A DNA stretch of 55,466 bases, counting the filler, from Basidiobolus ranarum (lineage: Eukaryota): NCBI GenBank assembly GCA_040143965.1. It is 5 parts of 5 records of this genome, joined end to end, with 100 filler letters (N's around TTAATTAATTAA, not from the genome) between each part and the next. Parts side by side here need not be neighbours in the genome. Positions count along the whole stretch, not along the records: positions 33,371 to 44,371 come from JASJQH010007523.1; positions 44,472 to 55,466 come from JASJQH010007524.1; 3 more parts are not named here. The stretch is one strand, 5' to 3'. The notes under the pieces were generated by a model. That model was not told the DNA's origin. It was given only the letters and a program-made list of their open reading frames with translations, and did no database searches. The position numbers were made by a program, and so were the translations under genes. How positions within the stretch are numbered: the first letter of the stretch is position 1; each line of letters begins with the position of its first letter. Below are positions 36,602-50,400 of the stretch, piece by piece.

Positions 36602-39600
36602 TCAGGAAACTTTAAACTGTCCCAGCTCTCCGCTGTCTAGCTTGAAGTCGACATCATAGCCTCTTAAACGATGCAGGGGATTGTTCTGAAAACTGTTGTT
36701 CATATTGCCATTCCAATTTCTAGAGGGCATCATGTCCGAATAATCAACAGAATTAGGAGGTGAAGTGGCGTGGGAAGTCCTGATAGCTGAATCTTTGAAA
36801 GCAACATGTAAGTGATTTGATGGTTTCTCAAGGCCAAAAGAATTTTAAATCTTCTCACCTCTAAAATAACCGTTTTCTCTGATGCTGCTAGTGGTGCTTC
36901 GTTTCTCCGCGATGGGCCTATGAAGATTGCCGAAGAAATGTGATTGTTCAGACGCAAGTTGAGAATCAAATTGTCCTAAACCAGGTGGTTGTGAATCTGG
37001 GAATCGGCGAAGGTTATGGTCAAACATGTCCATAGTGGAGCGTGATTGTGGCTCTTGCCACAGCGGCTGGTTGGGGTTCCGATACGACAGATGTGTTGGA
37101 GAGAGCTGGTGACCAGAGGCATTTTCAGTGTATGGATGGAAATTGACATCAGATCTATCCTCAAAATGATGTCCATTCATGAGATTGCTCATCCTTTCGT
37201 TATATCCAGAAGAGTAACCAGGGGGAGGTGCCATGCCTGGTGGCATATTCCTGGCAGGCAATCGGTTGGAAAATGACATTGGGGTTTGTGTGGTAAATGG
37301 CAAGGGATGTTGACTGTTTTCGGTATGAGGCAAATCTCCTCTCCACTCCTGACTCACCATTGGTAAGCCCATTCTATCAACTCTACGAAGTCCAGCTCTT
37401 TGAGATATCTCTTCCGATTGTAGACCCAAACTATTACCCACTGGGTACATTCCACGCAAGTTATTCTGGTCAGGGGTATAATTGGGAGAACTCCGTTGGA
37501 ATGGATCAATAAGGCCGCTAGGTTGTAGACTACGAGTGGTGACTGAGGGTATTCTTGATTGGGTCGAGTCAAAGTCGTCTTCTTCATTAAGTGCAAAGCC
37601 AAATCTTGAATATAACTTCGGTCTTGAATTATGTACAGGCTGAACATCGTTGCCACTATACTTTCGATTCTGTGACTGAGAGATCTGAGAGAATTCCTCC
37701 GCATCAAAAGTATTGAATACACTATGAGAATCTGGGCCAGACTGATTCCCACGGATATGCATATTTTGCAAAGAAGAGAGTAAAGTTTCGGAGTTTCCTC
37801 TTTCATTTGGATTAACGCTGCCAAAAGGATCGAAATCACCTTTATAAACGCTAGCGGAATTAGGCATCGAGCTGAAATTGAATACATCCAGCAGGCTAGT
37901 CTGGAGGGATTAATTCCTTCGAGATTTTTGCTGATCGAATGCGGCTCGTTCTCTTTCGAGCTCCGCCATCACTTCTTGATGAAGACGCTCTTCATTAACC
38001 AAGTTATGACGAGCTTGGGGTACTGTGTTCGATATCTTTTGAGCTTGTTCCTTGAGGTTTGCTTCTTTGTCAGCTTCTTCAAAGAGGTTGGAGACAGAGT
38101 TTGAAATCTTTGAGGTTTCCTTTTGAGCGACAATTTGACCGTTGCCATTGCTTTGATGCTTTTCAGCACCTTGATGGTTATCCTCCAATGAGTTAGAGGG
38201 GGCTAAGGTGGCATGACTAATAGCAATCTTTGGTTCAGCATCAGCATCAGCAACTCCACTAACCATCTTGGTTACTTCAATTCTCTTTTTGTCGTTCTCA
38301 TCTTCTTCCTCAGAACTTGTTCTTGGTTTTAATTCTGATTTACCACTCTTAGAAAGCGAAATGACTTTGGCTTTTGGTCTCCCAGCAGCAGGAGGTGGTG
38401 GGAATTGGTTTAAGCTTAATGGTGGAGATTTGGCGGTGGAAAGTGCGGATTTTTTAGTAGAAACCTTGGCCCAAGAAGCTGTTGGGGGAAGCGCTGATCC
38501 TTTAAGTGAAGTTTAGATAAAATTGAAGCAGTCAAACCGACTATTATATCAATTAGGGTACCTTCAGTATCCCCGTCGCTCGATTTGCTCTCAGATCTAT
38601 AAACAACTACCGGAGTCTCAAGTTTGTGCGATGGAGAGTCACCTTGTTCACTTGGAGATAACAAAAGTGATGTACTATGAGTTCCAAGAGTTTGGGGTTT
38701 TGGAGACAAGTGCTCCAGTTGCGCGTGATGGTCTTTGATGTTGTGCTTCCTATGTTACATAAAAAACGGTAAGAATGTGTGTAATGGCTTATCTATTTCT
38801 TGCATCAACTATGAAGCTTCTGTCGAAACTGAGGAAATAAAGATACCTACCCACTAGCCAAATCCTCTCGGGTGAACGTGTCAGCTTCCTCGCCCGGCTC
38901 ATGTAAATACATACAATTCGGATTTTGACAAGGCATATTACGAAGATAGTAAGTACAGTACTTGGTAGTACCATATGTTGCTCTGTTGGGATACGAGACT
39001 TAGTACCGGTCAGACTCAAACTAGATACTGTAGGTTACTACCTGAGAATTCTACCATCCGACATACTTCCATCTACAGCGGCTATAGCCTTAGCAGCATC
39101 CTCGCGCCGGGCATATGTAACATAAACCCCAATAGTGGGAGTTTGCCCCGGATGGGTACTCGTGGAGTTTTGAGCATGACGACGATTTATCACAATCTTG
39201 GTGATCTTTCCATATTGTCCAAAATAATCAGAGGAACGCAGTACCTTAAAATAGATTGAGATTTAACGAAGTTTGAATGGAGATTACAACCATGGTTACG
39301 ATTGTGATATAGAAGTATGATGCTTTCAAATAATCCTTACCTCTTCCGTTACTCTGGCAGTTAATCCGATAACATAAATCAAATTCTTTTGTACAACTCT
39401 AACATTGGTCAAGTGTTTTCGACTCGTAGACTCAATTTCTTTCTTTTCACGCTCCTTGCATTTTTTCTCCGTTTTGATTCGAGAGAATCTACGGTTAAGA
39501 ACAGAGTTAACCGATTAAATAGGGTAACAGTGGATTAAGATTGCCTCCATGAACTTACTCCGTGGAGGTAATGGGGGTAAATTGGACGTTCTCATCTGAG

Positions 39601-39839
39601 TAAGACCTACGACAAGCGGGACATTTTCCATTTAACTCCTCTTTGATGTGGTGCCAACAAAACCGGCAAATCTGTAAAGTAAAGGTATAAGCCAAGAGAT
39701 TGAGAAAGATGATGGTTTTGCACTGTTGCTGTATTTCTTTTCTTACTTGATAGCCACAAGGACAAGGCTTAAAATTGCGTTCAGAGATGTCAAGCTCCTC
39801 CATGCATAGTGGACAATCATAGTCTTCTAGGTCTGACAT
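36602..39839 (-). CDS. NOT4: CCR4-NOT E3 ligase Not4/CNOT4 (C4C4 RING, RRM, C3H1 finger, long disordered tail); multi-exon
   Basis: CPLCMEELDISERNFKPCPCGYQ|ICRFCWHHIKEELNGKCPACRR; RVVQKNLIYVIG; YFGQYGKI; YGTTKYC; GSALPPTASWAK; YKGDFDPF; FR|DSAI. Last exon 36792-36602. In-frame TAA at 37912-37910 is unresolved. Confidence 0.93.
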
Positions 39840-41447
39840 GATGGCTTAAAAAATGCCTGGAATTGAGGTTCGTATTGTACAACGTTTTGTAAGTAAACAA
39901 CCGTTTCTTGGGTAGCTCTACTTGACTGTTGAGCAAAATCTTATATTAGAATACAAATAAATGAGCTCAGAATGAGATGCACACATATTGTTTATACTTT
40001 GTAATTTTGTGTGCTTTCAAATAAGCTTACCGTGGCGAAGGCTCTGAATCTCTTAATAAGAAAGAACGATAAACCACTTGTAGGGCTGTATGGGCAAAGG
40101 AGAAAAAAAGGATGTGAACACTAATATATTACAATGGCTCAGTACGATGCAAATCCGAAACCAGATCTTTTTGAACAGAAATAGGGTATTGCTGAATAAC
40201 CCTCAGTATGGTCCAACCATGTACAATGGTTTTTAAACTTTGCATAAATGCTTACAGATAGCATAATTAGAGGAGCATACTAAATTACTAATATCATTTC
40301 AATCAATGAAACGAATATTGTTAAGGTTGGGTAGTGGGATTGCGCCTGGTCAGCTCTTTCTCAGTTGGCTCCCTCACATATACTAGAGATTGAGTGGATT
40401 TCGATTTAAATGTCTCTGTGACTCTGCTGATAATTGTATATATCATTGTTGTTGACTAATTAAACTTCGAGCTATACTTTGTCTCTGATACCAACTTTCT
40501 CAAGCACCCCTGGGCAATAAAACTGAAAAGGAGTTGAAAGAAAGTAAACGGTGATAAAACAGCAATTAGAATGTAAGAACGCTTGACGCTAGTATGTTTA
40601 TTTCTTGAAGATTGGGACTTGGGGATGCAAAGGAACATATGAGGTCAGAATTCAGTTTCTACTTGAGCTTTGATAGTGTCTTGTTAGTCTTGTGCTAGTT
40701 GTGATGTCCTTAATAGTTTTTACTGGGTATTTCCTCTTACTCTTGAAAACCTTAGTAGCTATCTGTTACAAAACCTTTACGCTCTTAGAGATCCACACGC
40801 ACTAGAGTATACTAGAGCCAAAGTATAACCTGTCAAAATGCTTTGGGTTACTTCTGTACATTGGCCTGATGTGACAGAAAAACGATTGGGTTTTGTAAGA
40901 AAACGGATTAATATGTTAAGAACAAATTCTATGGTAAGTTTGCTGTACGACTACAAATACGCTACAGTAAACGCAAAATATCGAAGCAAAATGCTCTGAT
41001 AATCGAGCTTGTTTACGGTTGTTTATCGTTAAGCAGTTTGAAGACACTAGAAAAGATTCGTATCTCAGTTCACATGTTAAGATTATGTCGGGACAACGTC
41101 ACTTCTGGAGAGTACAGCCGATTGTGTGGCTTATTAGAGACCAGCAGCGGGTACTGGTGGGTCAGCATATTTAGTACGTAATGTTTGTATTATGGTTTCA
41201 GAAACAAAATCACATTTAATTGATTTAGGGTTTCAATTGAATGAAGATTGGACGATTCAAATACAGTCAAGATAAAATAAATTTGGGATTTCATGAAGTA
41301 AAACTTAAAGCTGTTAATGAGTGTGTTTTGCAACAATGAAAACGTGGGAATGATGGATCTGTCTGAACAGCAACTTAATGACAACGAACCAGGAAGATTC
41401 GGAATATGAAGATAGCGAGTTAAGGTACGAGGATAGTCCTCATACTT

Positions 41448-42313
41448 TTATAAAATGATACAGTCTTTCTTATCTTCAGGAGTAGGGTTATTGGACTTTT
41501 CAACTTCAGCAATCATCAAATCAAATATACGGCCTACAGGTGCACATTATTCAATTAGTTTTGGAAGAAAAGGTGCAAATGCTTAGTATTCCTTACCGAT
41601 ATTCTCATTGTGCTTGGCAGAGGCTTCGGTTCCCTGGCAATGCCATTGAGCAGCGAGTTCTTTGCCCTCATCAGTCGATACTTGTCTGGAATAAGATGTT
41701 AGGTGATGACAACATGAGAGCATCAAGAGGTTCACAAATACCTTTGCATATGCAAATCACTCTTATTTCCAACTACAACGATGGGAACCCATTCAGTGCC
41801 TGTATAGTTGAGGATTTTGTCACGAATAATCTTGATCATCTCAAAGCTTGATCTTGAAGTAATTGAGTACACCAAGATATATCCGTGGATTCCGATAGCA
41901 TGTTTGGAGTTGAGAATGGAGTATTCATCCTAAGCCAGGCGTGGAGATGATGTTAGCATCAAGCCTAGAAAATACTACTGTTGATTTAACATACCTGACC
42001 CGCAGTGTCAATAACCTCAATAGTGAATTCTTGACCGCGATACTTCAATACTTTACTAAAAGTATTCTCAATTGTAGGATAATAGGAATCTACGAAGTGG
42101 TTTTCAACAAACTGGATTGTCAAAGAGGATTTGCCTGTGATGATGGAATAATTGAAGAAAAGGATGGTGGCTTTAGAAAACTTGTTTAAAAGGTGTAGAC
42201 CGCAGTTATCAAAATAATAAAAGTCAGGTCATATTCAATCTGCATTATAGTTCATTACCGACTGCTCGAAAGCCCAATACAGCGATTCTTCTAACTTTCG
42301 ATGGACTACTCAT
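41448..42313 (-). CDS. RHEB: Rheb small GTPase; exons 42313-42259, 42134-41995, 41929-41742, 41685-41597 and 41533-41448
   Basis: MSSPSKVRRIAVLGFRAVG|KSSLTIQFVENHFVDSYYPTIENTF...DTAGQ|DEYSILNSKH...VGNKSDL...EASAK...KKDCIIL*. Has the Rheb-specific Arg in the P-loop. Missed by the ORF track. Confidence 0.96.
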
Positions 42314-43842
42314 GTTGGAGATCAGAAGAAGGATACGATTTTTTGATTTATCGAAATTAACTTTCTAATGGCTTCTTCATCGACCCTTTACTCAATCACA
42401 TGATTCCAAATTCAATAATCAGCAATTTTATTTCTAATATAAAAGACGGTATTAAAGAAGGTTGAATTTAGATGACATTGTGGCACCAAATAAGTCAACA
42501 TGAAGTATCGACATCAGATCTGAAGGAGGATTAAATGGAATCAATAAGTTGGATTGGATCTGGCAGCAGAAGCTTATTCACTGCATGTATGAATCAGCTC
42601 CATCCACTCACCCACTCCAATCGTCTGGTGGCCAGTAGTTGATTGCAATCTTGGTGAGACTCGAAAGCATCGTAATCTGTTAAATATCCGAGAACAGATG
42701 AGGTGCAACATATGCAGCAGGATCAAACAGTCATTGTATTAGTACCCAGAACACACTTCTAAAGGCACTAGAGCGGCGTCATAGGTCTTTGAAGCAGGCT
42801 TGGGTCAGCGTCTCTATGACAAGAGCGAAGGCCATTTAGTACCATAGAGGAATCTAAAGTGTGTCACTATGATCAGAGATAGCTTAGGTTTCTATCTGAA
42901 TCGTCAAAACAGGTAAGCCTTGAATCATACGAACAAAGCCAAGATAGTTTGCAGCAATGCTGTTGGGCTGCCTCTCACTATACAGGGCAGCCTTCTTATG
43001 CAGATCTCATTTGTACGAGGTTGGCCTCAACCCAAAAGAACCTATATTCCTGGGGGACATGGCAATGCCATATAATAGATTGGCACAGCTTTAGCCATGC
43101 CCCTTCTGTCAAAGGCATAGATGTGGTAAAATGGAAGGAGGTCTTTGCTCACTACAGACACATATATTCCCCGCGATACACTAGGATTAGCGATAAAATG
43201 GGCCTTGACAACCTCTTCGGAGAGTGTGCGAGAATCTGTGTATGAATTGGCTATTCCATTTGTAGCATTCGCACTCGTTGGTGATACGCTCCATACTATT
43301 CATGATGAACTGTCAATAATTAATATATGACTGCCTTTAACTGCTGCAATACGAATTCAGACTGAGCACATGCCCAAAGTAACATCGATTATGATATGTC
43401 CACACAAGCTACTTCAATATTAATTCACTCACGCAGGGGCTGTCACGAGGATCTTAGCCTGGCCTTCCAATCAATATGTAGTTGCTGAATGTATATTCTT
43501 CTATCGTAAACCCCTGGATTGATTACAGTGTTTCTTCGCATATAGTGATGCTGATCCTGCCTTCTTTTCGATGCGCTCGTTATCTCATATATTTTGAATG
43601 CGCTTGGGGTCAATTGAGACCATGCTCTGAGGAGTTATAAAGGTCCACTTGGCTATAATAACTCTCAACGTTTTCCAGTAGCCAGAGCGTCGTCATTCTC
43701 GTCCCATTGTTCTATATTTTTTACGTGATTAGGACGTTGCCTTCCTACCGTACTAAATCACCTACATCCATTTACATGCTGTAAGAAGGCATTTTGTCAT
43801 TATATTATTATAGAAGCACTTCACACCGTACCTCTCTTTGAC

Positions 43843-44371
43843 ATGAATTATTACCCGATACTTTTCCTGTATATCCTCTATATGTCACTTACTCAGCTCA
43901 TCTTGACTTCGTGTGCAAGGCCACTGAAGGGCACCTCAATGAATGAACCCCAGTTGAGTAGTATCATTGGTGGTATCCCAGCCTTTCCAAAAGAGTTCCC
44001 TTCAATGGCACTAATTTTAATGAATGGCCTCACCCGTTGTGGATCTGCAATCGTGGCTGATAGGTGGTTAGTCACGGCAGCTCATTGTTTTATTCAGAGT
44101 CAATCCACAGGTAAAAACCAACGAGTTTCGCTTAAAAAAGTACCCTCAAATCAGTTCACAGTGTCAGTCGGAAGTGTGGAGAACGTTCAGACACAGCCTC
44201 TGTCGATTCAACGATACATTATTCATCCTGGTTTTGATATAGCTTCGTCCAAAGTTAGTAGCTTTTCTTGACTAGAGAAAGCTCCATACTCATGATTTTA
44301 TTTTTTTCTAGAATGATATGGCTGTGGTTGAGCTCAAAGAACCCCAAAAATTTGACGACAACGTGCGGCCG
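43843..44371 (+). CDS. Secreted trypsin-family (S1A) serine protease, 3' truncated; intron 44254-44311
   Basis: Signal peptide, IIGG, CGSAIVADRWLVTAAHC (catalytic His), IIHPGF...|NDMAVVEL (catalytic Asp). Confidence 0.92.
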
Positions 44372-44471
44372 NNNNNNNNNNNNNNNNNNNNNNNNNNNNN
44401 NNNNNNNNNNNNNNNTTAATTAATTAANNNNNNNNNNNNNNNNNNNNNNNNNNNNNNNNNNNNNNNNNNNN
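44372..44471. other. Artificial contig linker
   Basis: N44-TTAATTAATTAA-N44. Confidence 0.99.
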
Positions 44472-47400
44472 GAATGACTGTCAAATAGCTTGCGGCCATC
44501 ATTTCAACAGACTCAAAGGATGCAGATGTACCCAGAGTTGGGTCGCTAATCGAATAAAGGGTGTGGTGCATATATTTACGTAGTAATTCAAAGTAGCTTG
44601 ATAATCCGGTGACACAATGCATGATAAACATAGGCACACTTGAAGATTTGCATACTAGCGATACGCACTCATCCAGAGCGGATGATGGTAATGTTGTAAC
44701 GTTTGATGAGTGCTTTTCTTCAGATTCATCAGAGCCTATCAGGCCTCTTGCAGGTGGGGGCAGGGTTGAATACGAATCGTTGCTAGGAATAATTACTTCC
44801 TCTTTACATATGGATACAATCGCATCTATCATTGTCGCTTCCCAGGAATCCAGTAAAGTTTGCACCTGTAGTTCAGAGTGCAACTCATGACTATAAACTA
44901 CAGTAGTCTCAAGCTGCTCATCTACGTGTTTCGACACGCAGTTGAAAATCTGCTGACGTATCCATTCTGGTGTGACACTTTCCAAGTCAAAGTTGTATTT
45001 TGAGTCAGATGAGATTGGCTGCAATAAGTTGTTGTTCTCTAACTTCAACGATTTTGGCATGTATGCTAAGGAAATTTGAAGAGGGTCATGATCAAACTCA
45101 CCATTGGTATTGCTCACGTATCGCAGAAGACCATATGCTACTTCATTTCCTTGAATTTGATGCCTTTTTGCCACAGTTTGTCGAATTACATCAAGAATGG
45201 TATCTTGTGATGAGATTGAAACAGATACAGGATAGATATTGGTGAACCAGCCTACAGTTCTGGAAATATCAATACTGTTATCCCAAGCTTGGCGACCGTG
45301 AGATTCTAAAGCTACGGAAAATACTTTTTTTCCAAACACAGAGCAAAAAGAGTATGCTAAAGACGCAAGAAGTAGGTCCTGGATAGTCACAGTGGTTGAG
45401 TGATCACAATAACTGGAAGCTAGTTTGGAGAAATACGAGTCTAGTTTGAAGGAAAGGGAGCAAGAGGTGCCAACCGTATTTTTGGCGAGTAAAGTAGGAT
45501 CAGAGCATAATGGCTCACTAACGGGTTGCTTTGGCCAAGAGTTACTATTGAGATTATGGCCATAAGCAGCAAGCATTTTACTCCATTTCATGAATGACAT
45601 TGATCTATAGTTGCATTCTCTTCCCTGGAGCAGCTGTTCAAGATCATCCCAAATAATTCGCCAGGACAACAAATCAATAATGTAGTGATGAGCAGTCATG
45701 AAGATCAACTGTTCTCCATCATCAAAGTCGTATAAAGCGAACTGGAACAAGGGTCCAGCTACAATATCAAGGCTATGTTGAAGTTGGTGAATATGCGCTT
45801 GAACCTCGTGAGCTGCTTTTACGTGGCTATGATGTACCTCATACACCAACCCGGTTGAAGGATACACTTTCAATTCCCAATTCTCATTCGTATATGAGAA
45901 ACGGGCACGAAGTATATCATGCTTTTTGACTAGTCGATGTATAGATTTAGCCAAATTACTCTTGCTAATTCGTTCACGAACTTGAAGAAGCCAAGCCTGA
46001 TTGAAGTGATTTACATTGGTTTGCTTCATTCCCAAAAACATACGCTGATTAGGGGTAAGAAGAACTGGTCCTTCGACATCATCATCCATCAAATCCTCGG
46101 TAATGTTGGGTTGTACGAGCTCCGCAAGCTTTCCAATAGTCTGATGCTGCAAGATGGTTTGTACAGAGATATACATGTCTAATTTGCGACAAAGGGAGGA
46201 AACTTGAATCGCAAGAATGGAATCTCCTCCAAGACTACGGAAACTTTCATTGATGCCGATATTCTCCTGAGGACAGTTAAGGACTTCCGACCAGATCTTC
46301 TGAATATGACTTTCGACTGTAGTGCGAGGTAGAATCCGATTAGTATTGCGCGAAAGTCCTAAATTCGCTAACGTTTCGAAACTAAGTCTCTCAAACAATA
46401 CACCGAGCAACTTCCGATCGACTTTCTCGCTAGAGTTAGTTGGCATTCTATTTAAAGGTAGCCATACGGTGGGTACCATGTAATGCGGTAATCTAGTCTC
46501 AACAAGGATTCGAATTTCTTCAATATAAGTCGAAAGACGGCTGTCGCGCAATATTTCTACGTCCAGGCATTGTTCAGTCATCTCTTTGAAAGAAACAAAG
46601 GCCACCAGCGCCTTACGATTGGAGCTTTTATCGACTACTAAGGGTAGAGTACACGCTCGGGAGACTTTAGGATGCTCATGTAGAACATGATCGATCTCGT
46701 CTAACTCAATACGCAAGCCATTTAGCTTGATCTGGTTGTCTTTTCTTCCGATCAGCTCGACCGAGCCATCCGCATTGAAGTGTGCCATATCACCTGTACG
46801 ATACATGCGCCCACCGTTACCAAATGGATTTTTGACAAATGCTGCTTCAGTAAGGTCAGGTCTGTTTAAGTACCCACGAGCAAGCTGTGGGCCAGATACA
46901 CATAGCTCCCCTGCAACACCCATTGGCACCTGTCGTAATTCAGAGTCAACAATATGAAACATATTGAAGCCTATTGGTTTCCCAACATTGCTACAAGAAG
47001 TATTCTTATCAAGTGAGTGTTGAATTGCCACTGCAACAGCAGCTTCAGTGGGCCCATAACCATTACTTAATTGGATGTACGGAGCCCAAGTATCTCGTAT
47101 TGCCACAGTCATCATCTCACCACCAAGTTGCAGATTTTTAAGACTTGGAAGAGCAGCTGGGTGAATTTTACTAGCAATAGTAGAGGTAAGATTTGCACAA
47201 GTTACATTCATAGACTGCATGACACTTTCTAAGGTTGTGAGAAGTTCATTTTTGGACGCCATACAAACGCGAGCACCTGAAAATAGAGGAAGATATATAT
47301 CCAATACTGAAGCGTCAAAAGTATAACTCGCAAATTGCAGAAGGGAATCTTCTTCAGTCAAACTCCACACCTCTTGCTGCGCTTGAATGAAGCGGAGTAC

Positions 47401-50400
47401 TGCGGAATGCTCCAACATCACACCTTTTGGATTACCAGTAGAGCCAGATGTGTAAATAATATAGCACAAGTTCTCCGGGGTTAGATCGCTGACTACAGGA
47501 TTTTTCGATGAACGAGTTTCAATGAGCTCATGATCATTATCCAGCAATACCAGAGTATGCCCTTCGAATTTTTCTTGATGGTCACTAGTAGTCACGATTA
47601 CTGCAGCATTAGTTTCCTCCACAATGAATTTAATGCGTTCTGTAGGATTCTCAGGATCAATCGGCACATAGGCACCGCCCGCCTTTAAGACTGCTAGTAT
47701 CGTTACCATCATGCCGACTGATTTGTCAAAGCATATAGGCACCATAGATTCAGGTCTTACTCCGATGTCGATAAGATAGTTGGCCAGGCAATTAGCACGT
47801 TCATTGAGCTCTGAATACGTGATAAATTCTGTGGTACCGAACTGTACTGCTACATTATTTGGAGTACACGCTACTTGGCGCTCGAACTCGTGATGAAGAC
47901 AGGCTTCATGCAGCGGACTCCTCGATATATCGTCGGTTGAGAGAAGGTCGTCTTGCAATACGTACCTTAGATCCCCAAGTAGTGTATTGGGTTTAGCATG
48001 AACCAAATTTGTAAAAAGATTAGAGTACTCATTGGCAATAATTTTGGCATATGAACTGTTTGCGATCTTGCCACTAACATCCAAGCGATATGCTAACTTT
48101 GAGCCGTGAGGGCCAATCGATAACGCCAATGGGTACTAAAAGTGATATGTACGGATTAGCCTTCTAGGTATTAAGATTATGGAGTAAAAAAAGGTACCTC
48201 AGTAGTTTCCTCATCTTGGCAGGGAACAAGTGTTAGTCCCTTGGCATTATCCAATAGTTCGGTATCAGACGGGAGCGTTTCATTCGAGTTAGCTGGTAGA
48301 TAGTTGATGGAGGTATCAATGAGTGGGGACATCTCAGCCCAATTCTCAATGTTGCGAAGACTACTTTGCTGGTATGTGAATGTTGAGGCATAGTCTTTCT
48401 GTATCGCTTGGAGCCAGTCACGTATCGTCAAATGTTTATCATATTGAATGCGACATGGTAGCATGTTAATGCAAGGGCCTACCATCTTGTCAATACCTTG
48501 AATCTCACTATTTCTCCCATCCACCACATAACCGAAAACCATGTCCCCTGCCTGAGTGTACAATCTCAATAGAATAGCCCAAGATGCCTGAATTAAAGTG
48601 AATAGTGTCACACTAGACTGTCTAGCAAATTGCAATATCTCAGACATTGGTGTTTCAATATAACCGAAGATCCGTGAAATTTCGGAGTCCATGTGATGGT
48701 CACCTATCTTAGGAAATGGTAGACTGTCGACGAGTGCAAATTTGTCGCTCCAGAAATGTTTCTCTCTTGCAATATTTTCTGCCGTTTGATTGACCATGGT
48801 GGAAACGAAGTTTTTGAAAGGATATGTCGTTGGACGTGGTGCCATGTGGTATACGGCGTCAAAATCAGCGAGAACTATGCTCCAAGATGTTGCATCTAAG
48901 ATGGCGTGATGCCAGCTTATAATCATCTCACGGGTACCAGTGGTTGTTTCTAAGAGAGCAAATCGCATCGTTGGCTGCCCGGGAAGGAAACTATTTATCT
49001 TGTCTCTGGCCAGATAGGCTGCTCGTTCACTTAAAAGGCTGTCTTCGTCACATACGACATGGAACCAATGACGAGTATAATCTTTGATAACTATTTGAAG
49101 GAAAATCGGACAGTTCTTACGAATAATAGGATTTTCCACAAATATGGTTCGCAGGATGGGATGTTCCCTAAGAACTACTTCCCAGGCACTTTTTAGTTGA
49201 GCAATATTTGAATGGCCCAGAAGCTTGTATGTCTGCTGTACATGATAATACTCCGGGTCCTTCAACATTCCTGCGATGAGGCCTACTTGTAGATGGGTGC
49301 ATGGTAAAATGTCTTCGATCGCATTAGCATCAATATTAGCCTCAGGAAGTGTTTTATGATAAAGTAGATGGAAATCTGACTCGGATAGAGAAAGCAAAGG
49401 AAAATCACTACGAGTATGTTCATTGTGTGTGATACGCGCACAATTATCAATCAGTTTAGTCAGGTTCTCCTGCCATTTGTTGATCCACCGAGAGACAATC
49501 TCGTGGGAATGTAATGCTGTGCTAAAAACAATAGCCACCTCCAAACGGTTTCGATTTACGCCGACTGATATCTCAAACACGTGATCACGTTTCCATTCTG
49601 GCGAGATTTGGCAGGTGTCGAAGTTGAATGGATCATCCGGTTGTTGAAAGAAAGCATCTCCCTTTTCGAGTTGCTGGAAACGACCAACGTAATTAAATCC
49701 TATTTGTATTTTATCGTCCATAAGTCTATTATTTTGAGTCAAGTGGCGCAGAACTCCATAAGTAAATCCATTATTTGGAATTAGCTTTCGTAGGTCTTTA
49801 ACACTCTTGAGAGTATCAAGTGCATTATTTGTTTGCATTGGCTCTATAGTTATGGGGTAGATCGACGTGAACCAACCAACTGTTCGAGATATATCGATGC
49901 TTTCACACCAGGTTTCTCTACCATGGCCTTCCATACCGATCGTTATGGAGCTACTGTCGAACACCTGACAGTATGCTAAGGCCAGGGAGGATATCATTAA
50001 ATCTAGGGGTTCAGTTTGGAATGGACGGTTGCATAATCCAAATAGGTTGTCCGTTTTATCACGACTCAAGGAGAAAGAAAGTGCTTTTGTGGTGGACAGA
50101 AGATTTCTTTCAAGAAGAGAGCAGTCGTCAATGATCGGCTTGACCACAGGATATCTTGTCCAGGTACTCAAATCTAACGTCTGACTATAATCAGTTAGCA
50201 TTTTGCTCCACTTCATGAAGGACAGCGATTTGTAGTTGCATTCTCTGCCCTGGAGTAACTGCTCAAGATCATCCCAGATAATTCGCCAGGATACCAGATC
50301 GATAATGGAGTGATGAATAGTCATGAAGATTAACTGCTTCCCATCAGCAATGTCGTATAAAGCGAACTGGAACAGCTGCCCATCTGAGATATTAAGACCA

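Noticed and set aside
42600-43330. Possible Ty3/gypsy integrase relic (WWP, CNIC, ERRHRSLK)
   Set aside because: Motif spacing is far too short for an integrase and the frames are broken; cannot be supported by eye.
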